The notes under the pieces: generated by a model
Seen by the model: only the letters and a program-made list of their open reading frames with translations
Database searches by the model: none
Told to the model about the DNA's origin: nothing
Shown here: positions 18,716 to 27,943 of the stretch, piece by piece
Layout of the letters: each line of letters opens with the position of its first letter
Position numbering within the stretch: position 1 is the stretch's first letter
IMG/VR virus record: IMGVR_UViG_3300003177_000010
Location: 48,795 to 112,794 of that record
Reading direction: 5' to 3' (one strand)
Length of the DNA: 64,000 nucleotides
From: a virus
Position numbers and translations under genes: made by a program

Positions 18716-19575
18716 TGGATATTAGAGAAGTATTAACAGACAAAGGTATACCTTTTAAAGACACTAATAACCCATACGAAATACTTATACAATGTACTAG
18801 TGGAGAACATGAAGATAATAATGCTAGCTTATCTTATAACCTAGATAAAGATATATTTAATTGCTGGAGTTGCGGGTTTAAGGGAGGTTCTACTAAATTT
18901 CTTGCATCTATAGGTGTTACAGAATTACTAGAATCTGATTCAAAACAACCTTTTAGAATAAGAAAACTTAAAAGTAAAATAGAGGATAAGATGCTAAAAC
19001 ATTCAGTAAAACTGCCATTAGATAAGGTAATGGTTACTGAATGTTTTAAAAATATCCATCCTAGAGTACTGATAGAATTCGGAGCATTCACTACTGATTC
19101 TCTAGGGTTATCGGACTACTTCTGTATTCCTGTATACCAATTCAATAAATTAAGATTTATAGAAGGTAGGCTGCAATATACTAATAGTGATCATAAGTCT
19201 AAATATAATAGAAGACCTGAAAAAGCAATTACAGCAGATTGTTTATTTCCTTTAGACAAAGTAGGAAATGTTAACTATGTGATTTTAGTAGAAGGTATTT
19301 TTGATATGCTAAATATGTGGCAACTTGGGTATACTAATACTCTATGTATATTCGGGGCTAGTAATTTTAGTAAAAAGAAAGTAGATTTGCTAGATAGAGT
19401 AGGAGTCACTAGAGTAGATATATTAATGGACCCAGATATACCAGGGCAAAAAGCTGCTAAAAATATAGAAGAATTACTTGAAAAACATGATATTTTTTCT
19501 AGAAATATATTACTACCTGAAGGCGTTGACCCAGGAGAATTAACACAAGCGCAAGCTAAAGCCTATTTAAAATAA
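18715..19575 (+). CDS. DNA primase
   Basis: C...H.D...CWSC Zn finger, VEGIFD and MDPD TOPRIM motifs. Confidence 0.9.
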   Translation: MDIREVLTDKGIPFKDTNNPYEILIQCTSGEHEDNNASLSYNLDKDIFNCWSCGFKGGSTKFLASIGVTELLESDSKQPFRIRKLKSKIEDKMLKHSVKLPLDKVMVTECFKNIHPRVLIEFGAFTTDSLGLSDYFCIPVYQFNKLRFIEGRLQYTNSDHKSKYNRRPEKAITADCLFPLDKVGNVNYVILVEGIFDMLNMWQLGYTNTLCIFGASNFSKKKVDLLDRVGVTRVDILMDPDIPGQKAAKNIEELLEKHDIFSRNILLPEGVDPGELTQAQAKAYLK

Positions 19576-19605
19576 ATACAAACAACCCGAGGAAGGGTAT
19601 AAAAT

Positions 19606-21888
19606 ATGACAAATAAATCAGAAGTATGTTTTGTTTTTGCAAGTACTGCAGAAAAAGGAGCTACACAAATAGTCAATAAGTATCTTAGTGGGGTACCTTA
19701 TGATATTAAATTTCTTTGTAGTAGCCCTAAAGATAAGGTTCTTAAAAAAGATGTAAACCTGAATTTAGAAGAATTGGAGGGGTATAAAGTTGTATGTCCT
19801 ATAGGTGCCGAATCCCTAAAATATGCAGTAGGTATGACAGGGGTACAAAAATATAATGGAGTGTTTATAGAAAAAAAATATTTACCTATTATGCATCCGA
19901 ATATCGCTATTATTAAGCCCCAGCTCGATAAGGAAATACAAAAGGCATTTAATAAAATACCTAGTATTCTAGAAGGTGAGGACTTCAACAAAGCTAGCGA
20001 AAAAGATTATTGTTTTATTGAAGACGATGAGCAATTTCAAGTATACAAAGACCAATTAACTGAGGCCTCAGAACTAGTAGTAGACATTGAGACTACTTCT
20101 GTATCTCCACATACAGGAAATATACTAGGCATAGCTATATCTACTAAACCTCACCAAGGTCTATATATATCTATAGCTATTGTTAATAAGCATAAAAATT
20201 GGTTTTTTAACTTATTTAAAAGTAAAAAGTGTATATTTCATAATGCTAAATTCGATACGCAATTTATGGAGTACGAACTAGGATTTGAGTTTCCAGATAT
20301 AGAAGATACTATGTTGCTACATTACTGTCTAGAAGAATCTGTAGGTACTCACGGACTTAAACCGTTAGCCTTAAGGTTTACTGATTTAGGGGACTACGAG
20401 AGAGAATTAGATACATATAAGAAAACGTGGGCTAGACAGAATAAAGTAAAATTAGCTGATTTTAACTACGGTATGCTACCTAGTGAAATACTAGCCCCTT
20501 ATGCTTGCAGAGATGCAGACGGAACTGCTCAATTATACTCTAAGTTTAAACCTTTAGTAAGTGCTAGCCCTGAGTTCTCTAAATTATATAAAGAGATTTT
20601 AATGCCTGCAACCCATGCATTAAAAAGACTAGAAGCAAACGGTGGTCCTGTTGATAGGGAGCAAGTTGAATGGCTAGCTGAACAATACAAAATTGACGTC
20701 GAAGAATGTGTAGCTGAAATATCAATGAATAGCGCTGTTAAAAGATTTGAAAGAATACATGAAAAAACTTTTAACCCTAACTCTACCATGCAACTTAGAG
20801 AAGTATTTTTTAATATTATGGGAGTTAAACCAGTAAAGAAAACAGCTACTGGTGCGTTTTCTGTGGATAAAGAAGTTCTTTTAGAAATGAATAATCCATT
20901 AGCTGATGCAGTACTTGAACTTCGTTCAAAAACTAAAATGGCAGGTACTTATATTAATAATATAAGAAAAGGCATTAATAAAGATGATAGGTTAAGGAGT
21001 GGATTTAATATACATGGTACTACTTCTGGTAGACTTAGCTCTAGTGGTACCTTAAATTATCAGAATATTCCTAGAGATAATAAAGACATTAAAAAGCTAT
21101 TTAAAGCCCGTCCTGGGTATAAGATAGTACAGTGCGACTTAGGTACTGCTGAAGTATACTATGCAGCTGTACTAAGTAAGGATAAATTCTTACAGCAAGC
21201 ATTCATTGATAAGCTAGATTTCCACTCTTATATTGCCAAGCAAATGTTTAACTTGCCTTGTGAAGTACACGAGGTAAAATCTACATACCCTGCTGAGAGA
21301 CAATATGCAAAAGCTATAACTTTTGGGATTATGTACCAGGCAGGACCAGCTAAAATTGCTGAAACAGTTAACAAAGATGCTAAAGCAGGAGAAGAGATAA
21401 CTATACCTCAAGCAAAGCAATTTATTAATAAGTACTTTAAGGAGGCTAAAAAACTAAAAATATTCATTGATAATTCTAATTTACAAATAGAAAATTATGC
21501 TTTTATATATTCTTTCTTCGGCAGAAAAAGAAGACTACCAGAAGCAAGGTCTACTAATAGAGGAGTAGCTACTCATGCTATTAGATCTGGTGTCAACTTT
21601 CTAGTTCAATCTGTAGCTTCCGATATAAATGTGCTAGGAGTTATAGATTTAATTAATTGGCTAGATGACAATAATTTAAATAAGGACATTATACCTTTTA
21701 CTGTTGTTCACGACTCTATAGTTAGCGAAGTCAAAGAAGATATGATAGAATTTTATATTAAAAATACCAAAGAATTTATTCAAAAGGACAGAGGGCTGAG
21801 CATACCGGGGTGCCCTATAAAAGTAGACTTTGAAGTTGGGGATAGCTGGGGTGACCTACAAGACGAAGCAGATTATTTCAAAGTATAA
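19606..21888 (+). CDS. family A DNA polymerase, T5-like, with 3'-5' exonuclease and UDG-like N-terminal domain
   Basis: DIETT, HNAKFD, YACRD, GRLSS, DLGTAEV, RQYAKAITFGIMY, VHDS. Confidence 0.95.
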   Translation: MTNKSEVCFVFASTAEKGATQIVNKYLSGVPYDIKFLCSSPKDKVLKKDVNLNLEELEGYKVVCPIGAESLKYAVGMTGVQKYNGVFIEKKYLPIMHPNIAIIKPQLDKEIQKAFNKIPSILEGEDFNKASEKDYCFIEDDEQFQVYKDQLTEASELVVDIETTSVSPHTGNILGIAISTKPHQGLYISIAIVNKHKNWFFNLFKSKKCIFHNAKFDTQFMEYELGFEFPDIEDTMLLHYCLEESVGTHGLKPLALRFTDLGDYERELDTYKKTWARQNKVKLADFNYGMLPSEILAPYACRDADGTAQLYSKFKPLVSASPEFSKLYKEILMPATHALKRLEANGGPVDREQVEWLAEQYKIDVEECVAEISMNSAVKRFERIHEKTFNPNSTMQLREVFFNIMGVKPVKKTATGAFSVDKEVLLEMNNPLADAVLELRSKTKMAGTYINNIRKGINKDDRLRSGFNIHGTTSGRLSSSGTLNYQNIPRDNKDIKKLFKARPGYKIVQCDLGTAEVYYAAVLSKDKFLQQAFIDKLDFHSYIAKQMFNLPCEVHEVKSTYPAERQYAKAITFGIMYQAGPAKIAETVNKDAKAGEEITIPQAKQFINKYFKEAKKLKIFIDNSNLQIENYAFIYSFFGRKRRLPEARSTNRGVATHAIRSGVNFLVQSVASDINVLGVIDLINWLDDNNLNKDIIPFTVVHDSIVSEVKEDMIEFYIKNTKEFIQKDRGLSIPGCPIKVDFEVGDSWGDLQDEADYFKV

Positions 21889-22369
21889 AGGAATAACTTA
21901 TCCATTCTTTTCTATAAATACTAAGCCTTATAGTATTACGTATGATATTAATACTATAAGACTACAAAAGTACGAAGATACACATACTGAAACAGTAGAT
22001 GATAAAACATTATCTGGTAAATATATTAGTAGACTTTTACAACTGAATAATAGAATTACTTTTGATAATACTAGTAACTCCTTACAGGAGTTACTGTTTA
22101 GCAAGGCTAAATGGGGGATGGATAGTAATGCTATACCATTTGACCTAAGTAATAAAGAAAACTACCCAGCAAAGATACATAAAATAAAAAGGGTAATCGG
22201 TAACCTAATATGGCTACGGAATATATCTTACCCATTTACTCTAGCTATGCCTACCGACGTAGACATTGATAGAGAATTATATGCAGTAACTATACTTATA
22301 CACAATGAATGGTACATTAAAGAGTTTGCATATTATCCAACACTATCTAGAAAATGCATAACAGTATGA
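21830..22369 (+). CDS. hypothetical protein between polymerase and D10 (start uncertain)
   Basis: ORF overlapping both neighbours; T5-like synteny. Confidence 0.6.
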   Translation: MKLGIAGVTYKTKQIISKYKGITYPFFSINTKPYSITYDINTIRLQKYEDTHTETVDDKTLSGKYISRLLQLNNRITFDNTSNSLQELLFSKAKWGMDSNAIPFDLSNKENYPAKIHKIKRVIGNLIWLRNISYPFTLAMPTDVDIDRELYAVTILIHNEWYIKEFAYYPTLSRKCITV

Positions 22370-24726
22370 ACAAAGTACACGTAAAAAGTATAGTAATATC
22401 TGATAAAATATATATGAAAAAAGAGGATGTGGAAGATATAGAGTTATTAACTAAACTTTTTTCATATCCAGGGGTAGATGAAGAGCTAACTACATTAGAA
22501 GAGAATGAAACCCATTATATGGTGCCTTCTAATGGGTACTATAAGCTAACATGGGATAATGTAATAGACAATAGGACTTTTGAAGAGTTAACATACGACT
22601 TAAATTTTACAGGTACTCTTAGACCAGAACAAGAAGAGTCTGTAGCTAAATTCTTAACTAAAGGCAGAGCAATAAGTGGTATTTTTCAGGCAGAGTGTGG
22701 TTATGGTAAAACATTCGCAGGGTGTGCTATAGTAGCAAGAAACAACACAAGAGCTTTAATACTAGTGCATACTAAATTATTATTTAGGCAATGGATAGAA
22801 GAACTAGAAAAATTATTAGATAATACCAAAATTGGTAAAATTGGCGATGGACTTTTTCAACTAGAAGATGTTACTGTAGCTATATACAAGTCTGCTTTCA
22901 ATAACATTGACAAAATTAAGGATGAATTCTCACTAGCGGTTATCGACGAATGCTTAGATTATGAAGCTGCAGTACAAGATGATAAAGGTAATAAAATTAA
23001 AATAGGTAAAGTAGTTAACAATAAGATGCCTATTAATATACTATGCTACAATGAAAATTTACAGTGTTTTGAATATAAAAAAATATATAACTGGTTTAAA
23101 AATAAACATGATAATATGTTGTATATACAAACACATAATAATGCTACTTTACGTTGTACAAGTAACCATATAGTATATAAATATGAACAAGGAAAAATAG
23201 TAAAGGTTTCTGCTGACACTCTAAAGATCGGAGACTTTTTAATATCAAATAACAAAAATAAAGTTTCAAAGCTATTAAAAAAGGAGGTCCTACCTATATT
23301 ACTCGGGCTGATACTAGGTGAGGGATCTTTAGAGAATACTAGAGGTAAGAAAACTACCAGAGTTAAAATTACTCATGGGTATAAACAACAAGAGTACTTA
23401 GAATATAAGACTAAAATATTAAAAGATTTTTTTGTAGGTAATACTATAAAAGGGACATCAGGGTATAAACCGGAGAATACAGTATACAGTAACCAATCTG
23501 TTAGTTTTATAGATAATTTAGGATTAATTAGTAAGTTATATGGAGATAAACGATCTAAAAGTACTATAGATAATTCCTTATTTAGTTACATAAATGAATT
23601 TACTTGGGCGCTATTGCACCAAGACGATGGGTCTTACGTAAATGGTCAGATAACTTTTAGCGTGTGTGAGTTAGATGAAAAATCTTGTGAATTATTAATT
23701 AAATCTTTAAAGAGTTTATTTAAGCTGAAAGATCCATATTTTTTTACGTGCAATAGAGGTTTTAAGTACATTAGACTAAAAACTAATGATTCCACTATTT
23801 TTTTACAAAAAATAAATAAATATATACATCCTACAATGGCGTATAAGACTTGCAACTATCGCCCAGAAAACTTTATACCTATAGAAGTAGATAATATATA
23901 TGAGAATTTTACCCTTAAAGAGATAAAAAAAATTAGTAGTAGGCCCGCTACTAATGGTTATAGGTATAATATTAGTGTAGAAGATAATCACAATTATATA
24001 GCTGGAGGCGTATTAGTAGGTAATTGCCATAAGTCGCCAGCTAATATGTTCTCTACCGTAGTTAATAATCTAAGTGCAAAAGTGAAAATAGGGATATCAG
24101 CTACCCCAAAAAGAAAAGATGGAAAACATGTATTTTTGTATGATTATTTTTCGCCTTTTCATGTAGTAGCTAAGGATGCAAGAACGTTACTTAACCCCTC
24201 TATAAAAATAATAGATACAGATTTTAAATTTAATGTTATACAGCCTAAAAGAGACTGGGCTAGGCAGATTAATAAACTAGCTTCTAATAAAAACTATATA
24301 AACTTAATTGCTAACCACGCAATAGCAGATATTAATAACAATAGATGCATACTTATACTTAGTGATCGACTAGGTATGCTGAAAGATTTAGAAAAGCTAA
24401 TACCTAATAGCATTTTATTAGTAGGAGCTACTAAAAATGAAGTACGAGAAGATATACTTAAAAATGCAGGTAAAACTTACAAAGTTATACTAACTACGAG
24501 GATATTTGATGAAGGTATTAGCTGTCATAGATTAGACACTATGTACACTACTTGTCCTAGTAATAATCCTAATTTACTAGAACAACGAATAGGTAGAATT
24601 ATAAGAGAACACCCAGATAAGGAGGCTCCTTTAGTAAAAGACTTCTGGTTAAAAGGGCATATAGTAGCTCGTCAACAAATGAGTAGAAAATTATGGTATG
24701 GTAAACGTGGCTATAACATACTTTAA
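22354..24726 (+). CDS. SF2 helicase (T5 D10/UvsW-like) interrupted by an intein
   Basis: CGYGKT, DE|CH after splicing, SATPKRKDG, QRIGRI. Confidence 0.9.
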   Translation: MHNSMNKVHVKSIVISDKIYMKKEDVEDIELLTKLFSYPGVDEELTTLEENETHYMVPSNGYYKLTWDNVIDNRTFEELTYDLNFTGTLRPEQEESVAKFLTKGRAISGIFQAECGYGKTFAGCAIVARNNTRALILVHTKLLFRQWIEELEKLLDNTKIGKIGDGLFQLEDVTVAIYKSAFNNIDKIKDEFSLAVIDECLDYEAAVQDDKGNKIKIGKVVNNKMPINILCYNENLQCFEYKKIYNWFKNKHDNMLYIQTHNNATLRCTSNHIVYKYEQGKIVKVSADTLKIGDFLISNNKNKVSKLLKKEVLPILLGLILGEGSLENTRGKKTTRVKITHGYKQQEYLEYKTKILKDFFVGNTIKGTSGYKPENTVYSNQSVSFIDNLGLISKLYGDKRSKSTIDNSLFSYINEFTWALLHQDDGSYVNGQITFSVCELDEKSCELLIKSLKSLFKLKDPYFFTCNRGFKYIRLKTNDSTIFLQKINKYIHPTMAYKTCNYRPENFIPIEVDNIYENFTLKEIKKISSRPATNGYRYNISVEDNHNYIAGGVLVGNCHKSPANMFSTVVNNLSAKVKIGISATPKRKDGKHVFLYDYFSPFHVVAKDARTLLNPSIKIIDTDFKFNVIQPKRDWARQINKLASNKNYINLIANHAIADINNNRCILILSDRLGMLKDLEKLIPNSILLVGATKNEVREDILKNAGKTYKVILTTRIFDEGISCHRLDTMYTTCPSNNPNLLEQRIGRIIREHPDKEAPLVKDFWLKGHIVARQQMSRKLWYGKRGYNIL
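22951..24024 (+). mobile_element. 358-aa intein with LAGLIDADG homing endonuclease
   Basis: starts CLDYEA, TSNH block B, LLGLILGEG and WALLHQDDG blocks, ends NHNYIAGGVLVGN before Cys+1. Confidence 0.92.
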
Positions 24727-25147
24727 CTATAACGAAATATTATTAAGGGCACGAGGCGACCCTGCAGCAATAATAATTTTGACACATGCCCAAACAAAAT
24801 ATTATAATGAGTTAACAACTCGGCAGTTAATGAAAAGTCTATGTATTAATCATATACCGATTTACTTATTTAGAAGTAAAACATTAGTAAAACATAGAAA
24901 ATTTGTTAAGTGCATATATAGAACAAAAGAGCCACAAAGTTATATAAAGAACGTAGAGTTCTTAAAGTATAATATTAATGCAAGATACAAAGCTTTGTAC
25001 ATTAGAGCTTTGTCAATGAGAAAAATATCAGAACATATAGATTATATACCAAGAAGCTATTTTGGCAATATAAGTAAGAATCCTCTTATAACATATGATG
25101 ATGATAAGATATACTTTCCTCTAGAAAGTAAACAGTCCTCGCGATGA
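24698..25147 (+). CDS. hypothetical protein (T5-syntenic, between D10 and D11)
   Basis: overlapping ORF; synteny. Confidence 0.6.
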   Translation: MVNVAITYFNYNEILLRARGDPAAIIILTHAQTKYYNELTTRQLMKSLCINHIPIYLFRSKTLVKHRKFVKCIYRTKEPQSYIKNVEFLKYNINARYKALYIRALSMRKISEHIDYIPRSYFGNISKNPLITYDDDKIYFPLESKQSSR

Positions 25148-25201
25148 GGAAAATTAACTCCTACATGTAGGAACCAACGTTCAGAAAAAGGAACAACAAA
25201 T

Positions 25202-25858
25202 ATGGTAGCTTGGGATAAAGCAAAAGGAAAACAACCGGGTGGTGGTCAAAAACGTGACATAGTTAGGTTACCAATGAAAATGGGGGACAATAAAATTAGA
25301 CTAGTAGGTGATTTGTTACCTAGATATGTATACTGGGTAATTACAAAAGAGGGTAGAAAAATACCGGTTGAATGTTTAAAATTTGATAGAGAAACAGAAA
25401 CTTTTAATAATAATGCAGAAGATCCTTTTGACGAAATTGATGAAGCAGTATTTTCTGATAAACCACAATTTGCCTATGTGTGTAACGCAATAGATAGGTC
25501 TGATGGGCAAGTTAAACTATATGATTTACGTAGCACAGTATATGGGCAAATAGTAGACTATGCAAAAGACCCTGAGTATGGGCCCCCTACTGACGAAGTA
25601 AATGGTTATAACTTTAATGTTAAAAAAGAATCTACCGGACCCTTACCTCAAAATGTAAAATATACAGTAGTGGCAGGTAGAGGTAATGCACCTCTTACAG
25701 AAGAAGAAAAAGCTATGGAATTGTATGAGTTAGATAATATTATGAAAAGACCTACATATGATGAACAAAAAGCATGGCTACTTAAAAATACTACGTATTT
25801 TATGGCGGAAGTTACTGACGAATTTAAAGCTACAGAGGAAGTTACCGATTTAGCATGA
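25202..25858 (+). CDS. T5 D11-like single-stranded DNA-binding protein
   Basis: IRLVGDLLPRYVYW, KESTGPLPQNVKY, acidic C-terminal tail. Confidence 0.8.
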   Translation: MVAWDKAKGKQPGGGQKRDIVRLPMKMGDNKIRLVGDLLPRYVYWVITKEGRKIPVECLKFDRETETFNNNAEDPFDEIDEAVFSDKPQFAYVCNAIDRSDGQVKLYDLRSTVYGQIVDYAKDPEYGPPTDEVNGYNFNVKKESTGPLPQNVKYTVVAGRGNAPLTEEEKAMELYELDNIMKRPTYDEQKAWLLKNTTYFMAEVTDEFKATEEVTDLA

Positions 25859-26706
25859 GAAAGTCATTAGCAGAGTTAGCTAAAAATTCTGCTACTGATA
25901 ATAATAAAGCACCAGAACCTAGTAGTTTTGGTGCTTTTAAATCAGTAGAGGGTGGCCAAGCTACTATAGACCTAGATAAACTAAGAAAACATAATATATT
26001 TTTTGCTACTCCTTGCTATGGGGGTATGTTAACAGACCAATTCTTTTTAAGTATGTTTAAAACTTCTCAATTATTTATGCAGCAAGGTATTAACTTTAGG
26101 GTAACTACTCTAAGAAACGAGAGTCTAATAACTAGAGCTAGAAATATTTTGGTAGCTATGTTTTTAGAATCTGATTGTTCTCACCTTATGTTTATTGATA
26201 GTGATATTGAGTTCCAGCCAGAAGATATACTTAGAGCTTTAGCTTATGATAAACCAATAATGGCAGCTGCATATCCTAAAAAAACTATAGATCTAGATGC
26301 TGTTAGACGAGGAGAATCAGGAGTACAATATGCTATAAACTTTAAATTTCAAGATATAGAAAGTAAAAAGGTACGAGTGGATAAAGGGGCTGTAGAAGTA
26401 CTGGATGCTTCAACAGGGTTCTTCTTAATAAAAAGAGAAGTTATTGAAAAAATGATAGCTGCACATCCAGAGCTACATTACCGAAATGACTCTAATGTTG
26501 ACCCTAGGTTAAATAAATATTGCTACGCTCTCTTTGATACAGTAATTGACTCTACAGATTCACGCTATTTATCTGAGGATTACACGTTCTGCCGTCGCTG
26601 GCAGGATCTAAAAGGGGAAGTCTGGTTAGATACTAATACAAAACTTAATCATGTTGGTAGCTACACTTTTGAAGGTGATGTGTCAAAAATTATAAACCGT
26701 GGTTAG
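25855..26706 (+). CDS. GT-A fold glycosyltransferase-like protein
   Basis: FATPCYGG, RARN, MFIDSD, TGFFLIKREV, SEDYTFC. Confidence 0.7.
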   Translation: MRKSLAELAKNSATDNNKAPEPSSFGAFKSVEGGQATIDLDKLRKHNIFFATPCYGGMLTDQFFLSMFKTSQLFMQQGINFRVTTLRNESLITRARNILVAMFLESDCSHLMFIDSDIEFQPEDILRALAYDKPIMAAAYPKKTIDLDAVRRGESGVQYAINFKFQDIESKKVRVDKGAVEVLDASTGFFLIKREVIEKMIAAHPELHYRNDSNVDPRLNKYCYALFDTVIDSTDSRYLSEDYTFCRRWQDLKGEVWLDTNTKLNHVGSYTFEGDVSKIINRG

Positions 26707-26788
26707 CAGTATTGAACTACGTTCAAATAGGCTGGGAATTAACTTTCTTGGCCTATATTAGCAGGCACAGTACTCCCACTTAAAAATG

Positions 26789-26833
26789 TGAAACTTCGTT
26801 TCATCGCTAATAACGTTGTGAAACGAAGTTTCA
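26789..26833. repeat. perfect 15-bp inverted repeat, each arm itself a TGAAAC-N3-GTTTCA palindrome
   Basis: TGAAACTTCGTTTCA 26789-26803 and TGAAACGAAGTTTCA 26819-26833. Confidence 0.9.
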
Positions 26834-26922
26834 TAAAAAATAACAACTTTTTAATAGCTGTGCGGCACTTGTTTAACAGCTTATCACCTACGGTGTAATG
26901 TTAATCACTTTGTTATACATAA

Positions 26923-26951
26923 ATACTAGCACAGTTTAATTAATTGTGCAA
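26923..26951 (-). promoter_or_regulatory. antisense sigma70-type promoter with extended -10
   Basis: TTGCAC-17-TAGTAT; shares the 14-mer ATACTAGCACAGTT with the promoter at 4399. Confidence 0.6.
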
Positions 26952-26980
26952 TATAAAAAATTAAAAAAAAGGATTTAAGC

Positions 26981-27943
26981 ATGAAAATACTTAACTCAGC
27001 AGACTGGCACATAGTCCTAAATAAAAAGAAAGTACCTTATGAATGGCAAGAAGAAAGATTTATTATGCTATTCGAAAAGTTACGAGAGTTAGAAAAAGAT
27101 GTAGATGTTCATATTATTTCAGGAGATATATTTGATAAAGCTCCTAACACTGACGAAACTTGTTTAGTTCTTTCTTACTTAAATAGTGTTACAATACCTA
27201 CTATAATCATTCCAGGTAATCACTCATCTACTAAAAAAGGTCATTCTTTTTGGGAATCTTTTGAGAGGGAAAATGCAATAACTAATTCTAATATTCACTT
27301 ATTTACTAAAAATGGTAGAGTAAAAGTATTAGATCAATGGTTTCAGTGTTTTCCTTACGGTGAAATGCAAGTAGGAAATCTACCTGAATTTATAGAAGAT
27401 GATATTTTAGTTACTCATATAAGAGGGGAAGTACCTCCACATATAACTGCTGAATATGACTTTGAAAAAATTCGTCCATGGAAGTTAACATTGATTGGGG
27501 ACCTTCACTTTAACCACCAATACAAAGACTTTAATGTATTTTACCCTGGGTCCCCTGTTAATACCACGTTTGATAGACTAGAAAATAGAGAATATGGGGT
27601 AGATATGTTCACAGTAGATGGTAGTACTTTTTCGAAGCAATTTATAGACTTGAAATTACCTAAATTATTAAGAAAAACAGTTAAATCAATAGAAGCTATG
27701 GTAGAAGACCCTTATAATCATGTAATATATGAAATTACTGGGTCATTAGACGATTTAGCAAAAATTAAGAATTCTAGTTTATTAGATAAAAAGTTAGTAG
27801 ATACCCCTAGCTCTAATAGTAAACTTAACTTAGCTGATAAAAGTATATATGAAGAACTTGCCGTATACCTTAAATACAAAAAGATAAGTAATACTAAAGC
27901 AGTACTAGAAGAGTTTACAAACAGCTATACAGGAGAATTATAA
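26981..27943 (+). CDS. SbcD/Mre11-like nuclease (T5 D12-like)
   Basis: ADWH, GDIFD, GNH, GDLH metallophosphoesterase motifs. Confidence 0.92.
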   Translation: MKILNSADWHIVLNKKKVPYEWQEERFIMLFEKLRELEKDVDVHIISGDIFDKAPNTDETCLVLSYLNSVTIPTIIIPGNHSSTKKGHSFWESFERENAITNSNIHLFTKNGRVKVLDQWFQCFPYGEMQVGNLPEFIEDDILVTHIRGEVPPHITAEYDFEKIRPWKLTLIGDLHFNHQYKDFNVFYPGSPVNTTFDRLENREYGVDMFTVDGSTFSKQFIDLKLPKLLRKTVKSIEAMVEDPYNHVIYEITGSLDDLAKIKNSSLLDKKLVDTPSSNSKLNLADKSIYEELAVYLKYKKISNTKAVLEEFTNSYTGEL

